Positions 39,381 through 50,448 of a stretch of DNA of 64,000 nucleotides are shown in pieces. The position numbers and the translations under genes are program-made. The stretch's first letter is position 1. Each line of letters starts with the position of its first letter. Origin of the DNA: Anaerolineae bacterium (GTDB lineage Bacteria; Chloroflexota; Anaerolineae; UBA1429); assembly GCA_050942995.1 (NCBI GenBank), contig JBMNOI010000001.1, positions 776-64,775 of the forward strand. The letters run 5' to 3'. The notes under the pieces were generated by a model. That model made no database searches. It saw only the letters and a program-made list of their open reading frames with translations, and was not told the DNA's origin.

Positions 39381-39455
39381 GCCGACGTAGCTCAACGGCA
39401 GAGCAGCGGTTTTGTAAACCGCCGGTTGTGGGTTCAAGTCCCTCCGTCGGCTCCA
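39381..39455 (+). tRNA. tRNA-Thr (anticodon TGT)
   Basis: Cloverleaf read by eye. Acceptor GCCGACG/CGTCGGC. Anticodon stem GCGGT/ACCGC, loop TTTGTAA. T-arm GGGTTCAAGTCCC. CCA encoded. Confidence 0.8.
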
Positions 39456-39507
39456 CGAGTTTGTGGGCGCAGAGGGGTTTATCAAAAATCGAGCGTTCGG
39501 TAAATGT

Positions 39508-39589
39508 GGGCAGGTACCCAAGCGGCCAAAGGGGACTGACTGTAAATCAGTTGGCAACGCCTTCGGAGGTTCGAATCCTTCCCTGCCCA
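39508..39589 (+). tRNA. tRNA-Tyr (anticodon GTA), class II with long variable arm
   Basis: Acceptor GGGCAGG/CCTGCCC. Anticodon stem ACTGA/TCAGT, loop CTGTAAA. Long variable arm. CCA not encoded. Confidence 0.8.
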
Positions 39590-39611
39590 CCTTGATTTTT
39601 TACCCAGTAGT

Positions 39612-39684
39612 GCCCACGTAGCTCAGACGGTAGAGCACGTTCTTGGTAAGGACGTGGTCATGGGTTCAAGTCCCATCGTGGGCT
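39612..39684 (+). tRNA. tRNA-Thr (anticodon GGT)
   Basis: Acceptor GCCCACG/CGTGGGC. Anticodon loop TTGGTAA. T-arm ATGGGTTCAAGTCCCAT. CCA not encoded. Confidence 0.8.
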
Positions 39685-39750
39685 CAAGCATGTCAAAGTG
39701 GGATGCTCATCCCGTCCTGTGCGATGTACTCTAAGGAGGTCTGGTTTTAG

Positions 39751-40953
<1,203 letters not shown>

Positions 40954-40974
40954 TGCTCTGAAAGAGACAATATC

Positions 40975-41139
40975 ATGGCAAAGAAAGCAAACCGCCTGGT
41001 CATCACGCTGGCCTGTTCCGAATGTCGAGAGCGGAACTATACGTCCGAGAAGAATCGGCAGAACGATTCGGGCCGGTTGGCTTTGAACAAATATTGCCCG
41101 CGTTGCCGGCGCCATACCGAGCATCGCGAGCAGCGCTAG
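40975..41139 (+). CDS. rpmG: 50S ribosomal protein L33
   Basis: Not in the ORF track (54 aa). [54 protein letters not shown] read from the sequence. Confidence 0.85.
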   Translation: MAKKANRLVITLACSECRERNYTSEKNRQNDSGRLALNKYCPRCRRHTEHREQR

Positions 41140-41207
41140 AGATTATGACGGCCGTGCCCCGAAGGGTTGGATGATTCGGGGCCGGCCGATTCGACCGGGT
41201 TTCATCG

Positions 41208-41280
41208 CAGGCGAGTAGCTCAATTGGCAGAGCGACGGTCTCCAAAACCGTAGGCTGCGGGTTCGATTCCTGCCTCGCCT
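41208..41280 (+). tRNA. tRNA-Trp (anticodon CCA)
   Basis: Acceptor AGGCGAG/CTCGCCT. Anticodon stem ACGGT/ACCGT, loop CTCCAAA. T-loop TTCGATT. Sits between rpmG and secE. Confidence 0.85.
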
Positions 41281-41424
41281 GCCTCGTGTGACTGTTAGGC
41301 ACCGCGCCAGGCTCGCGGCCCGTGAATTCGGCTGACCGCGAAGCGTTGATTGATCGAGTACCTGGCCCCCGGTGTCTACAATTTTGTTGGAAAAAGTGCG
41401 GGCCCTGCCCCGAGGAGAGCGCCC

Positions 41425-41673
41425 TTGGCAAAGAAAAAGTCGACGGCACCGGCTAAAACTCAGGGCCGCCTGGCAAAGCGATTTGGCGGGCTTGCTCGCT
41501 ATTTCCGTGAGGTGCGCGCCGAGGTCAAAAAGGTCGTGTGGCCGACCCGTCGTGCGGCGGTTAACCTGACGATGATCGTTCTGGCTGTTACTGTTAGCAT
41601 GAGTGCCGCTCTGGGCTTTATCGACTGGATCTTTTCGCGCATGTTCGCCTTTATCATCATGATCGCGAGCTAG
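41425..41673 (+). CDS. secE: Preprotein translocase subunit SecE
   Basis: Track ORF 41350..41673. Likely TTG start (MAKKKSTAPAK...) 9 nt after AGGAGA. C-terminal TM helix LTMIVLAVTVSMSAALGFIDWIF. Confidence 0.7.
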   Translation: MAKKKSTAPAKTQGRLAKRFGGLARYFREVRAEVKKVVWPTRRAAVNLTMIVLAVTVSMSAALGFIDWIFSRMFAFIIMIAS

Positions 41674-41717
41674 CGTTGACCTTTCAGCACAGGCTACAGA
41701 GCAGATAAGAGAAGGCC

Positions 41718-42374
41718 ATGATGGATCCGATAGAACGGGAGCCCAAGAACTCGGACTCCTGGGAAACTGAAGATACCCCCCTCGATGAGCCCACCGACGG
41801 CTCGGAACAGGATGTCGAGGCCGGGAACGCCCCAGAGGACGCGACCGACGTTCGTCGCGAGTGGTTCGTCGTGCACAGCTACTCCGGCTATGAGAACAAG
41901 GTCAAAAAGAACCTCGAGCAGCGCATCGAGACCATGGGCATGCAGGACAAGATCTTTCGCGTGGTTGTGCCCACAGAGGAGGAGGTCGAGATTCGCGACG
42001 GGCAGCGCCGCACCAGTCGGCGTCGTGTGTTTCCCGGATATATCCTGGTCGAGATGGTGATGGACGATGAATCATGGTACGTGGTGCGTAATACGCCCGG
42101 CGTCATCGGATTCGTCGGGTCGGGCACCCGCCCCGTGCCTCTGAGTACAGAGGAAGTTGACAAGATCCTCCAGCGCATGGAGGTCGAACAGCCTCACGTC
42201 AAGGTCAACTTTCGGGTGGGCGAGACGGTGCGGATCATCGAAGGCCCCTTTGCCGATTTTATGGCTATGGTGGACGAAATCTACCCCGACCGAGGCAAAG
42301 TGCGGGTTCTGGTATCGTTCTTTGGACGCGAGACCCCCGTGGAGATGGATTTTCTCCAGGTGGAAAAGATCTAG
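41718..42374 (+). CDS. nusG: Transcription termination/antitermination factor NusG (acidic N-terminal extension)
   Basis: NGN domain WFVVHSYSGYENKVKKNLE. KOW GETVRIIEGPFADFMAMVDEI. Confidence 0.9.
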   Translation: MMDPIEREPKNSDSWETEDTPLDEPTDGSEQDVEAGNAPEDATDVRREWFVVHSYSGYENKVKKNLEQRIETMGMQDKIFRVVVPTEEEVEIRDGQRRTSRRRVFPGYILVEMVMDDESWYVVRNTPGVIGFVGSGTRPVPLSTEEVDKILQRMEVEQPHVKVNFRVGETVRIIEGPFADFMAMVDEIYPDRGKVRVLVSFFGRETPVEMDFLQVEKI

Positions 42375-42434
42375 CGAATCTCAGGCATCCCGGGCGGGGT
42401 ACAGGCCCGCCTTGAGCAGAGAGGTATGGGTTAG

Positions 42435-42857
42435 ATGGCAAAAAAGGTCGTAGCTATCATCAAGTTGCAGATTCAGGCGGGCAAGGCCAACCCGGCACCG
42501 CCGGTGGGCCCTGCGCTGGGTCAGCATGGCGTGAACATTATGCAGTTCTGCAAAGAGTACAACGCCCGCACCCAGGCCGATATGGGTACCGTGATCCCCG
42601 TCGAAATCACCATCTATGGTGACCGTTCGTTCACCTTTATCACCAAGACGCCGCCTGCCAAGGATCTGCTCCTCAAAGCGGCAGGGCTGCAAAAAGGTTC
42701 GGCAACGCCCAACACCGCCAAGGTGGGCACCGTCACGCGCGATCAGGTGCGTGAGATCGCCGAGGCCAAGATGAAGGACCTGAACGCGATGGATATCGAA
42801 GGTGCCATGAAGATGATCGAGGGCACCGCCCGCAGCATGGGAATCACGATTGCCTAA
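42435..42857 (+). CDS. rplK: 50S ribosomal protein L11
   Basis: [35 protein letters not shown]. Confidence 0.95.
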   Translation: MAKKVVAIIKLQIQAGKANPAPPVGPALGQHGVNIMQFCKEYNARTQADMGTVIPVEITIYGDRSFTFITKTPPAKDLLLKAAGLQKGSATPNTAKVGTVTRDQVREIAEAKMKDLNAMDIEGAMKMIEGTARSMGITIA

Positions 42858-42944
42858 TGTGATCGCCACGGCGCCTCATTTGGACGCCATTATTCGTGGG
42901 AGGGCGGCCTACACACCGCCCGATGGGACCACAAGGAGACAGAA

Positions 42945-43655
42945 ATGCCCAAGCACGGCAAGAACTACATGAGTAAAGTGGCCGGAATAGATCGCAATGC
43001 GGCCTATTCTCCACGTGAGGCGATAGAGATGGTCAAGAACATCTCCTTTGCCAAGTTCGATGAAACCGTCGAAGTGCACATGCGGTTGAATGTTGACCCC
43101 CGCCACGCCGATCAGCAGGTGCGCGGCACCGTGTCGCTGCCTGCCGGCACCGGCAAGACCGTTCGCATCCTGGTGTTTGCCGAGGGTGAATGGATCCGGG
43201 TCGCCGAAGAGGCGGGCGCCGACTATGCGGGCACCGACGAGTACATACAGCGGATTATGGACGGCTGGCTGGAATTCGACGTGGCCGTCGCCATTCCGCA
43301 GGTGATGGGCAAGATCGGCCGACTGGGTCGCGTGCTGGGTCCCCGGGGCCTCATGCCCAACCCTCGCGCCGGTACCGTGGTACAGCCCGATGAGATCGCC
43401 GACACCATCGAGCAGTTGCGCCAGGGGCGTGTCGAGTTTCGCGTGGACCGCACGTCGAACCTGCATGTCCCCATCGGCAAGGTGAGCTTTGAGGTCGACC
43501 AGCTCATGAGCAACTTGGCCGCTGTGATGGATGCCGTTATGCGTGCCCGACCGGCGGCCGTTCGCGGCGCTTATATTCGCCGCCTGACCCTTGCGTCGAC
43601 GATGGGCCCCGGCCTGCGTGTGGATATAGGTGAGGCGCAGAATCTGCGCGTTTAA
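42945..43655 (+). CDS. rplA: 50S ribosomal protein L1
   Basis: FDETVEVHMRLNVDPRHADQQVRGTVSLPAGTGK. Confidence 0.95.
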   Translation: MPKHGKNYMSKVAGIDRNAAYSPREAIEMVKNISFAKFDETVEVHMRLNVDPRHADQQVRGTVSLPAGTGKTVRILVFAEGEWIRVAEEAGADYAGTDEYIQRIMDGWLEFDVAVAIPQVMGKIGRLGRVLGPRGLMPNPRAGTVVQPDEIADTIEQLRQGRVEFRVDRTSNLHVPIGKVSFEVDQLMSNLAAVMDAVMRARPAAVRGAYIRRLTLASTMGPGLRVDIGEAQNLRV

Positions 43656-43881
43656 ACAACCGAACAACGCTCGGCCGTAGACAGCAGGTGCGTATTGACG
43701 CTTAATCATCAGCCTGCCGAGGCAGAGATCACGGGTTGCCCCTAAATAGCCGGAGAATCGAGCGAGGCGACCCGGCTTGAGGTAGATATTCCTAATTCAG
43801 GAACATGCCCCAATGAGATCTTTGCGTCGGTATGGCGCAAAGATCTTTTTTTTCATCTTACCGGAAGGAGGTGAGACGCTC
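43656..43881 (+). promoter_or_regulatory. rplJ-rplL leader region (L10 autoregulatory leader candidate)
   Basis: ~225-nt untranslated region between rplA and rplJ, the position of the L10 leader in other bacteria. Structure not verified. Confidence 0.35.
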
Positions 43882-44421
43882 TTGGCACTAACACGCAAAG
43901 AAAAAGAGCAATTAGTTCAGGAGTACTCGGAGCGGATCGGGCGGGCTCAGGTGATGATCTGGGCGCGTTACACCCGCCTCAAAGTCGCACAGATGGAAAC
44001 GTTGCGCCGCCAGCTCTACGATAGCGGGGCCGAGGCTGTGGTGGTCAAGAACAAGCTGTTGGGCATCGCTCTGGGCAACGCCGGCCTGCCGGTCACCGAG
44101 GAGATGGCATCGGGTGCTTCGCTGGTGACCTTTGTCTATGACGATATCGCCCCGGCCGCAAAAGCGGTGACCGAGTTTGCCCGACGCAATGGTGATGCGT
44201 TCCAGATCATCGGGGGCGTGGTGGGCGACCGGTTGGCGACAACCGCCCAGGTGCAGGCTTTGACCGACCTGCCGTCGCGCGATATGCTGCTGGCCCAGGT
44301 GGTGGGCGGCATCCAGGCGCCGATGACGGGTCTGGTAGGAACGCTATCTGCTGTGCTCCGCAGTGTGATGTATGTGCTCAACGCACGTTCCGATCAATTG
44401 AGAGAGGGCTCTGCAAGCTGA
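43882..44421 (+). CDS. rplJ: 50S ribosomal protein L10
   Basis: Track ORF 43813..44421. Probable TTG start (MALTRKEKEQLVQEY) after GGAAGGAGGTGA RBS. Confidence 0.85.
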   Translation: MALTRKEKEQLVQEYSERIGRAQVMIWARYTRLKVAQMETLRRQLYDSGAEAVVVKNKLLGIALGNAGLPVTEEMASGASLVTFVYDDIAPAAKAVTEFARRNGDAFQIIGGVVGDRLATTAQVQALTDLPSRDMLLAQVVGGIQAPMTGLVGTLSAVLRSVMYVLNARSDQLREGSAS

Positions 44422-44503
44422 TGGCTTGTGCGCTCTTGTCCACATCCCGCTCCGGATGGTTCCGGGGCTAACATGAAATGGATATCTATTCAGGAGGTCT
44501 AGA

Positions 44504-44884
44504 ATGACGCAGGAAGAACTGATCAATGCCATCAGCAACATGACGGTACTGGAGCTGGCCGAGCTGGTCAAGGCTCTGGAAGAGAAATTTGGCGTGAGCG
44601 CCGCCGCCCCTGTGGCCATGGCCGCCATGCCCGGCGCCGCCGCCGCCGAGGTCGTCGAGGAGCAGGAAGAGCAGACTGAGTTTGACGTCGTCCTCTCCGC
44701 CGTGGGCGATCAAAAGATCCAGGTCATCAAGGCCGTGCGCGAGCTGACCGACCTGGGTCTGCGTGAGGCCAAGGAACTGGTCGATGGCGCTCCTTCTACC
44801 GTGCTCAAGGGCGTGGCCAAGGAGCAGGCCGAAGCCGCCAAGACCAGGCTGGCCGAAGCCGGCGCGACGGCAGAGGTCAAGTAA
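44504..44884 (+). CDS. rplL: 50S ribosomal protein L7/L12
   Basis: [31 protein letters not shown]...[22 protein letters not shown]. Confidence 0.95.
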   Translation: MTQEELINAISNMTVLELAELVKALEEKFGVSAAAPVAMAAMPGAAAAEVVEEQEEQTEFDVVLSAVGDQKIQVIKAVRELTDLGLREAKELVDGAPSTVLKGVAKEQAEAAKTRLAEAGATAEVK

Positions 44885-44915
44885 CGTCTCTGCTTCGCCT
44901 GTTCGAGGTAAATGA

Positions 44916-44953
44916 AACACGGGCCACTCCGATGGGGATGGCCCGTGTTCTTG
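44916..44953 (+). terminator. Intrinsic terminator after rplL (convergent with topA)
   Basis: AACACGGGCCA-ctccgatgggga-TGGCCCGTGTT followed by CTTGTCC. Confidence 0.65.
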
Positions 44954-45001
44954 TCCTGAGCTCTGCCGGCCGGAGTTGAGCAACTCGTCCCCAAACAGGC
45001 T

Positions 45002-47383
45002 CTAGACGTCCGATTCGCCCCCACCCCCGCTCCCCGCGAGAACGGCGTTCATCTTTTTCTCCGAGGTATTCTTTTTACAGGCCGGGCAGCGATAGTAAGG
45101 GCCGTATCGGCCCTGGCGGCGCTCCATCGGGCTCTTGCCACATTCAGGGCATTCGACCTCGACGATCTCTGGCGCCGTCGAGGCGCCCCCCTGGCCCTTG
45201 CCGCCACCGGCCAATCCCAGCTTGCGCAGCGAGTGGTTCACCTCACAGCGCGGACAGTACAGATATTCACCATAGCGTCCTTTTTTGGGCTCCATAGGAG
45301 CCTGCCCGCACTGTGGGCAGGGCGTCTCGGCGGCCAGGCGCTTGATCTCGTCGCTGAGGATGGGCCGCGTATTCTTGCACGTCGGATAGTTCTCGCACCC
45401 CAGAAAGCGAGAGCGCCCACGGCTGATGATCTTCATGCGGCCGCCGCACAACTCGCATTGCTCACCCTCGGCAAACTGATCCTGAGGCTCGGTGGGCTTT
45501 TTCGGATCGCTCAGATCCAGCACATAGCGACATTCGGGGTAGCCGGTGCACCCTAAAAAGCGTCCGGCGTCGCTCACCCGCACCTCCAGCGGGCGGCCAC
45601 ATTCGGGGCAGTTGCGCGCCTGAAGATCGTCGGGCAGATCGGCCCGCAGCGCACGGCGAATGACCTCGGGCATGGTCTCTCCGGCGGCCTGCACCCGTGG
45701 ACTGAACCCGCCGTAAAAGTCGCTGAGCATGGGCACATAGCCCAGCTCTCCGGCAGCGATCCGGTCCAGTCGCTCCTCCATGCCGGCGGTATAGCCGACG
45801 TCCATAATATCCTCAAAGGTCTCCACCAGCGCATCGCACACCACCATCCCCAGGTTGGTGGGGGCCAGCCTCCCCTCACGCTTGATAACATAGCCGCGAT
45901 CCTGAATCACCCCGATGATGGAGGCATACGTCGATGGACGGCCCACGCCGTTGGATTCCAGCGCCTTGATGAGGCTCGACTCGGTATAGCGCGGCGGTGG
46001 CTGGGTGAAATGCTGTTCGGGCAGCAGCTTGAGCAGATCCACTACCTCCCCCTCGACCAGGGGCGGCAGCGCCTGATTGTCGGTATCCTTCGCCTCTCCC
46101 TCCTCCTCCATCTCGGTATAGACGGCGAGATAGCCGGGAAAGATCAGCGTCGAGCCGTTGGCGCGAAAGAGGTAATCCTTCGCCGCGGTGATATCCACCG
46201 ACAGAGTGGCATAGAGCGCCGGCACCATCTGGCTCGCGACAAAGCGCTGCCAGATCAGCTCGTACAGCCGGGCTTGCTGTGACGTCAGATGAGGGCGCAC
46301 GGCATCGGGCGTACGCAACACCGACGTGGGCCGGATGGCCTCGTGCGCCTCCTGCGCCAGGGCCACCTTGCGGCGATATGTCGGCGGCCTGTCGGGCAGG
46401 TACTCTTTTCCCCAGCGCCCCTGGATATACTCCCTCGCCTCACGCTGAGCCTCGGGCGCCACATGGGTCGAGTCGGTGCGCATGTAGGTGATGAGTCCCA
46501 CACGCTCGCCCCCCAGATCGATCCCCTCATATAGCTGCTGAGCCAGACGCATGGTCTGGCGCGGCGAATAGCGCAGCCGATGGCTGGATTCAGATTGAAG
46601 GGTGCTGGTGATAAAGGGGGGCTGTGGATTACGACGGCGCTGCCCCTTTTGCACACGGGTTACTGTATAGGTGGCCTTTTCCAACGCGCCGAGGATGGCG
46701 TCCACATCGGCCTTGTTGTGCAGCTCGGGATCTTTGCCTGCGATCTTGAACAGGCGGGCGCGAAAGCGCTCCCGCTCATCCGTGCGACGCTGTAGATCGG
46801 CATCCAGGCTCCAGTACTCCTCGGGCACAAAGGCCAGGATCTCGCGCTCCCGATCGACCACCAGGCGCAGCGCCACCGATTGCACGCGGCCGGCGGAGAG
46901 ACGCTTGCGCATGGCCCGACTGAGCAGCGGACTGATCTGATAGCCCACCAGGCGATCGAGGACGCGGCGGGCCTGCTGTGCATCGATGAGGTGCCGGTCC
47001 AGCGTGCGGGGATTGGCCAGGGCCTCGCGCACGGCGGCCTCGGTCACCTGATGAAAGGTGATGCGGTGGGTGCGCTCCTCGTCCAGGTCAGCGGCAGCGG
47101 CCACGTGCCAGGCAATAGCCTCCCCTTCACGATCGGGGTCGGTGGCCAGATAGACCACATCCGAACGTTTGGCGGCATCGCGTATCTCGCGCACCACATC
47201 CCGCTTGCCTTTGGATACCTCATAGGTCGGCAAAAAGCCCGAATCGATATCCACGCCCAACCCGCGGCTGGGCAGATCGCGCACATGCCCCACCGAGGCC
47301 ACAACGATGAAATCTCGCCCCAGATATCGGGAGAGAGTTTTGGCCTTGGCCGGCGACTCGACAATGACGAGCTTCTTGGGCAT
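45002..47383 (-). CDS. topA: DNA topoisomerase I with C-terminal zinc-ribbon repeats
   Basis: TOPRIM N-terminus MPKKLVIVESPAKAKTLSRYLG. Active-site region. Three C-terminal C4 zinc ribbons. 793 aa. Confidence 0.9.
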   Translation of the reverse strand: MPKKLVIVESPAKAKTLSRYLGRDFIVVASVGHVRDLPSRGLGVDIDSGFLPTYEVSKGKRDVVREIRDAAKRSDVVYLATDPDREGEAIAWHVAAAADLDEERTHRITFHQVTEAAVREALANPRTLDRHLIDAQQARRVLDRLVGYQISPLLSRAMRKRLSAGRVQSVALRLVVDREREILAFVPEEYWSLDADLQRRTDERERFRARLFKIAGKDPELHNKADVDAILGALEKATYTVTRVQKGQRRRNPQPPFITSTLQSESSHRLRYSPRQTMRLAQQLYEGIDLGGERVGLITYMRTDSTHVAPEAQREAREYIQGRWGKEYLPDRPPTYRRKVALAQEAHEAIRPTSVLRTPDAVRPHLTSQQARLYELIWQRFVASQMVPALYATLSVDITAAKDYLFRANGSTLIFPGYLAVYTEMEEEGEAKDTDNQALPPLVEGEVVDLLKLLPEQHFTQPPPRYTESSLIKALESNGVGRPSTYASIIGVIQDRGYVIKREGRLAPTNLGMVVCDALVETFEDIMDVGYTAGMEERLDRIAAGELGYVPMLSDFYGGFSPRVQAAGETMPEVIRRALRADLPDDLQARNCPECGRPLEVRVSDAGRFLGCTGYPECRYVLDLSDPKKPTEPQDQFAEGEQCELCGGRMKIISRGRSRFLGCENYPTCKNTRPILSDEIKRLAAETPCPQCGQAPMEPKKGRYGEYLYCPRCEVNHSLRKLGLAGGGKGQGGASTAPEIVEVECPECGKSPMERRQGRYGPYYRCPACKKNTSEKKMNAVLAGSGGGGESDV

Positions 47384-47460
47384 CTATCGATGGCTCCTTT
47401 GTATATCAATCTGTCCAAGTTTATTGTAACGTGCCGGCATCGCGCGGGCAAATGGGGATA

Positions 47461-47679
47461 TTATCCGTACCACTCGCGCCGAAGCAGAAGCACCGCCTCG
47501 TCGAGCATACCGGTGATGCGCACCAACGCCTCCCCTCGGGCGTCGTCCAGCACCCGGTGCCCGCAACGCGGACATATCCACGCGGGCACATTGTCGATCT
47601 CCAGCCAATAGCCACCCCGCTCGATACGCCAGGTCACCGGACGATGCTGCATCTCCCCACCACATTGACTGCATCTCAT
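47461..47679 (-). CDS. Small YgiT-type zinc-finger protein
   Basis: MRCSQCGGEM...WICPRCGH C-x2-C...C-x2-C pattern. 72 aa. Directly upstream of and co-oriented with topA. Confidence 0.45.
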   Translation of the reverse strand: MRCSQCGGEMQHRPVTWRIERGGYWLEIDNVPAWICPRCGHRVLDDARGEALVRITGMLDEAVLLLRREWYG

Positions 47680-47922
47680 GGCGCCTCCTCACATCCCTGC
47701 ACAAGGCAAACGCATTCGAAACTCACACAACGGCATGACCGCTTGATGCCCTCACCCCCGGCCCCTCTCTCAATAATATGGGAGAGGGGAGAGCTGGGTA
47801 TGAGGGTGGCCTGGAGGCATGATCACCCCCCGGCACTTGCCGCCCCCCCTGCCGCTGAGTATGATCATACTCGATCGTGGCTCGTGACGGAATCAGATCA
47901 TCGCCGGGGGAGGATAGGCATC

Positions 47923-48933
47923 ATGAGCATGACGTCGCGAGAGCGGGTCACACGGACGCTGCGCTTTGAGGGAGTGGATCGGCCGGCGCGTAACATCTGG
48001 ACGCTGCCGGCGGCCTATATCGGGCGCGATGCCGAGCTGGCCACGCTGCTGGCCGGCTATCCCGACGACTTTGGAGATGGTGGCTATCGCGATCCGGTAG
48101 ACGAGACGCCGCTCTATTTCCCGGGCGAGTGGACCGACCCCTGGGGCAGCCGCTGGCAAAATATCCGGCCGGGAATGATCGGTGAGGTCAAGTATCCGGC
48201 CATCGACGAGTGGAGCCGTCTGGCCCACTGGCGACCGCCCTACCATCTGCTGGGACGCGGCTTTCAGGATGTCAATCGCACCTGCGCCGAAAATGACCTG
48301 TTCAACTATATCGGCACGCCGCGCCCGTTCGAGCGCCTGCAGTTCGTGCGCGGCCCCGAAAACGCCTACATGGACCTGGCCTGGGGCGTCAAAGAGGTCT
48401 TTACCCTGCTGGAGATGATCCACGACTATTATCTGCGCCACCTGGAGTATGTGGTGCGCACCGATGTGGACGCAATCATGTTCATGGACGACTGGGGCTC
48501 ACGAGATTCGTTGCTCATCTCGCCGGACATGTGGGTGGAATACTTTAAACCGCTCTATCGGGATTATGTCGAGATGGCTCACAGCCACGGCAAATTTGCG
48601 CTGATGCACTCGGACGGCTATATCATGGACCTTTACGAGCATCTCATCGAGATCGGCGTGGATGCCATCAACTCGCAGCTTTTCACCATGCCCATCGAAG
48701 AGATCGGCCGTCGCTTCAAAGGGCGCATCACCTTCTGGGGCGAGATGGATCGTCAGTATATCCTGCCCTTTGGCACGCCCGATGAGGTCAGGGCAGCGGT
48801 AGAGCGGGTGCGCGCCGTCCTGTGGGATGATCGTGGCGGCGTCATCGGCCAGGCCGAGTTCAACGCCGGCCAGCCGCTGGAGAATATCCGCGCCTTTTTA
48901 GAGGCGTGGTGGGGACCGCCGGAAGAGGTGTAA
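47923..48933 (+). CDS. Uroporphyrinogen decarboxylase (URO-D)-like / MtaA-like family protein
   Basis: Track ORF 47431..48933. Start at MSMTSRERV after GGGGGAGGA RBS. URO-D-like TIM barrel pattern. Confidence 0.65.
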   Translation: MSMTSRERVTRTLRFEGVDRPARNIWTLPAAYIGRDAELATLLAGYPDDFGDGGYRDPVDETPLYFPGEWTDPWGSRWQNIRPGMIGEVKYPAIDEWSRLAHWRPPYHLLGRGFQDVNRTCAENDLFNYIGTPRPFERLQFVRGPENAYMDLAWGVKEVFTLLEMIHDYYLRHLEYVVRTDVDAIMFMDDWGSRDSLLISPDMWVEYFKPLYRDYVEMAHSHGKFALMHSDGYIMDLYEHLIEIGVDAINSQLFTMPIEEIGRRFKGRITFWGEMDRQYILPFGTPDEVRAAVERVRAVLWDDRGGVIGQAEFNAGQPLENIRAFLEAWWGPPEEV

Positions 48934-48973
48934 ATCGGCGCCGGGAATACCGGCTGAGCCCTGAACGGTGGAT

Positions 48974-49014
48974 TTCATATTGTTGTGGAGGCGACGCCTC
49001 CACAACAATATGAA
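48974..49014. repeat. Palindromic repeat element copy B
   Basis: TTCATATTGTTGTGGAGGCG-a-CGCCTCCACAACAATATGAA between convergent genes. Same core as copy A at 820-862. Confidence 0.8.
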
Positions 49015-49029
49015 GAATTCGAACACGCT

Positions 49030-50433
49030 TTAGCTGCGTCGTTTCGGCAGATGTAATGCCCGACCTCGCGCCGCCAGCGCCGCCTCGGCGATAGCCTCGC
49101 CCAGTGTGGGGTGAGGATGCACGGTGCGCCCGATCTCGTCCAGCGTGGCCTCCAACCCCACGGCCAGGGTGCCCTCCAGCACCAGGTCGCTGGCGTGGGG
49201 GCCCAGCACATGCAGCCCCAGCACAGCCCCATAGCGCGATTCGGATACCACCTTGACAAAGCCGTTGGTATCGCCGTTGGCGATGGCCTTGCCCAAATTG
49301 GCCATGGAAAAGACGCCCACCTCGACCTCGTGCCCCGCCGCCCGTGCCTGTTCCTCCGTCAACCCCACCCCCGCCGCCTCGGGCAGGGTAAAGATGCAAT
49401 TGGGGATGGCGTCGTAATCCATGGCGGCGACGTGCCCCAGAGCGTTCTCTACCGCCACGATGCCCTGATGCGAGGCCACATGGGCCAGCATGGGGCCGTC
49501 GGCGGCCACATCACCGATGGCGAACACGCCGGGCACCACCGTCCGCATCTGACGATCCACCTGAATGCCCTTGCGATCGGGCTTGATGCCCAGCACCTCC
49601 AGCCCCAGCCCTTCGATGTTGGGCGCCCGCCCGATGGCCGAGAGCACGAGAGCGCATTCCACCGTCCGCTCACCCTCGGCGGTAGCGACGATGACGCGAC
49701 AATGATCGGCATCCTGTTCCACATGTTGCACGGCACCGCCCGTTATCACCTCGATGCCTTGCTGCTCGAACGTCCAGGCCAGCCCCTCGCCGATGGATTC
49801 GTCCATGAGCGGCGCCAGACGCGGCAGCATCTCGACCACCGTAACCTTGACCCCCACCGTGTGGAACAGACTGGCGAATTCCAGCCCGATGGCCCCGCCG
49901 CCGATGACGCACAGGCTCTCGGGCAGCTCCTCCAGCGAAAGGGCGCCGGTGGAGTCGATCACCCGGGGGCCGTCCAGACCGGGGATGGGCGCCTGCATCG
50001 GGCGCGAGCCGGTGGCGATGATGACGTTTTCGGCGGCAAGGGTCTCCTGCCCGTCCGCGCGCCGTATGGCCAGCGTATCGGGGCGCAAAAAAGACGCCTC
50101 CCCCTCGATGATCTCGACGCCGACGCGATCGAGCAACAGCCGCACACCGTTCACCATCTGCCGGGTCACGGCGGCTTTGCGCTCCAAAGCAACCGACCAG
50201 TCAAAGCGCGGCGCATCGACCATGACACCGAACTGGGCCGCGTCGCGAGTCAGCGCCAGCACCTCAGCCGAGCGCAGCAACGCCTTGGTGGGTATGCAGC
50301 CCACGTTCAGGCATACGCCGCCCACATATTCCCTCTCGACGCACACCACCCGCGCGCCCAGTTGCGCGGCGCGCAGGGCGGCCACATATCCACCCGGCCC
50401 CAGGCCGATGATGGCGATATCCGCACGTGTCAT
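49030..50433 (-). CDS. lpdA: Dihydrolipoyl dehydrogenase
   Basis: ADIAIIGLGPGGYVAALRAAQLG...GGVCLNVGCIPTKALL redox-active disulfide. His-Pro-x-x-Glu dimer-interface motif. 467 aa. Confidence 0.9.
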   Translation of the reverse strand: MTRADIAIIGLGPGGYVAALRAAQLGARVVCVEREYVGGVCLNVGCIPTKALLRSAEVLALTRDAAQFGVMVDAPRFDWSVALERKAAVTRQMVNGVRLLLDRVGVEIIEGEASFLRPDTLAIRRADGQETLAAENVIIATGSRPMQAPIPGLDGPRVIDSTGALSLEELPESLCVIGGGAIGLEFASLFHTVGVKVTVVEMLPRLAPLMDESIGEGLAWTFEQQGIEVITGGAVQHVEQDADHCRVIVATAEGERTVECALVLSAIGRAPNIEGLGLEVLGIKPDRKGIQVDRQMRTVVPGVFAIGDVAADGPMLAHVASHQGIVAVENALGHVAAMDYDAIPNCIFTLPEAAGVGLTEEQARAAGHEVEVGVFSMANLGKAIANGDTNGFVKVVSESRYGAVLGLHVLGPHASDLVLEGTLAVGLEATLDEIGRTVHPHPTLGEAIAEAALAARGRALHLPKRRS

Positions 50434-50448
50434 GGCAATGCCTCCGTA

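Noticed and set aside
39244-39590. Minus-strand ORFs 39244..39456 and 39360..39590
   Set aside because: They overlap the tRNA-Thr / tRNA-Tyr genes and are spurious.
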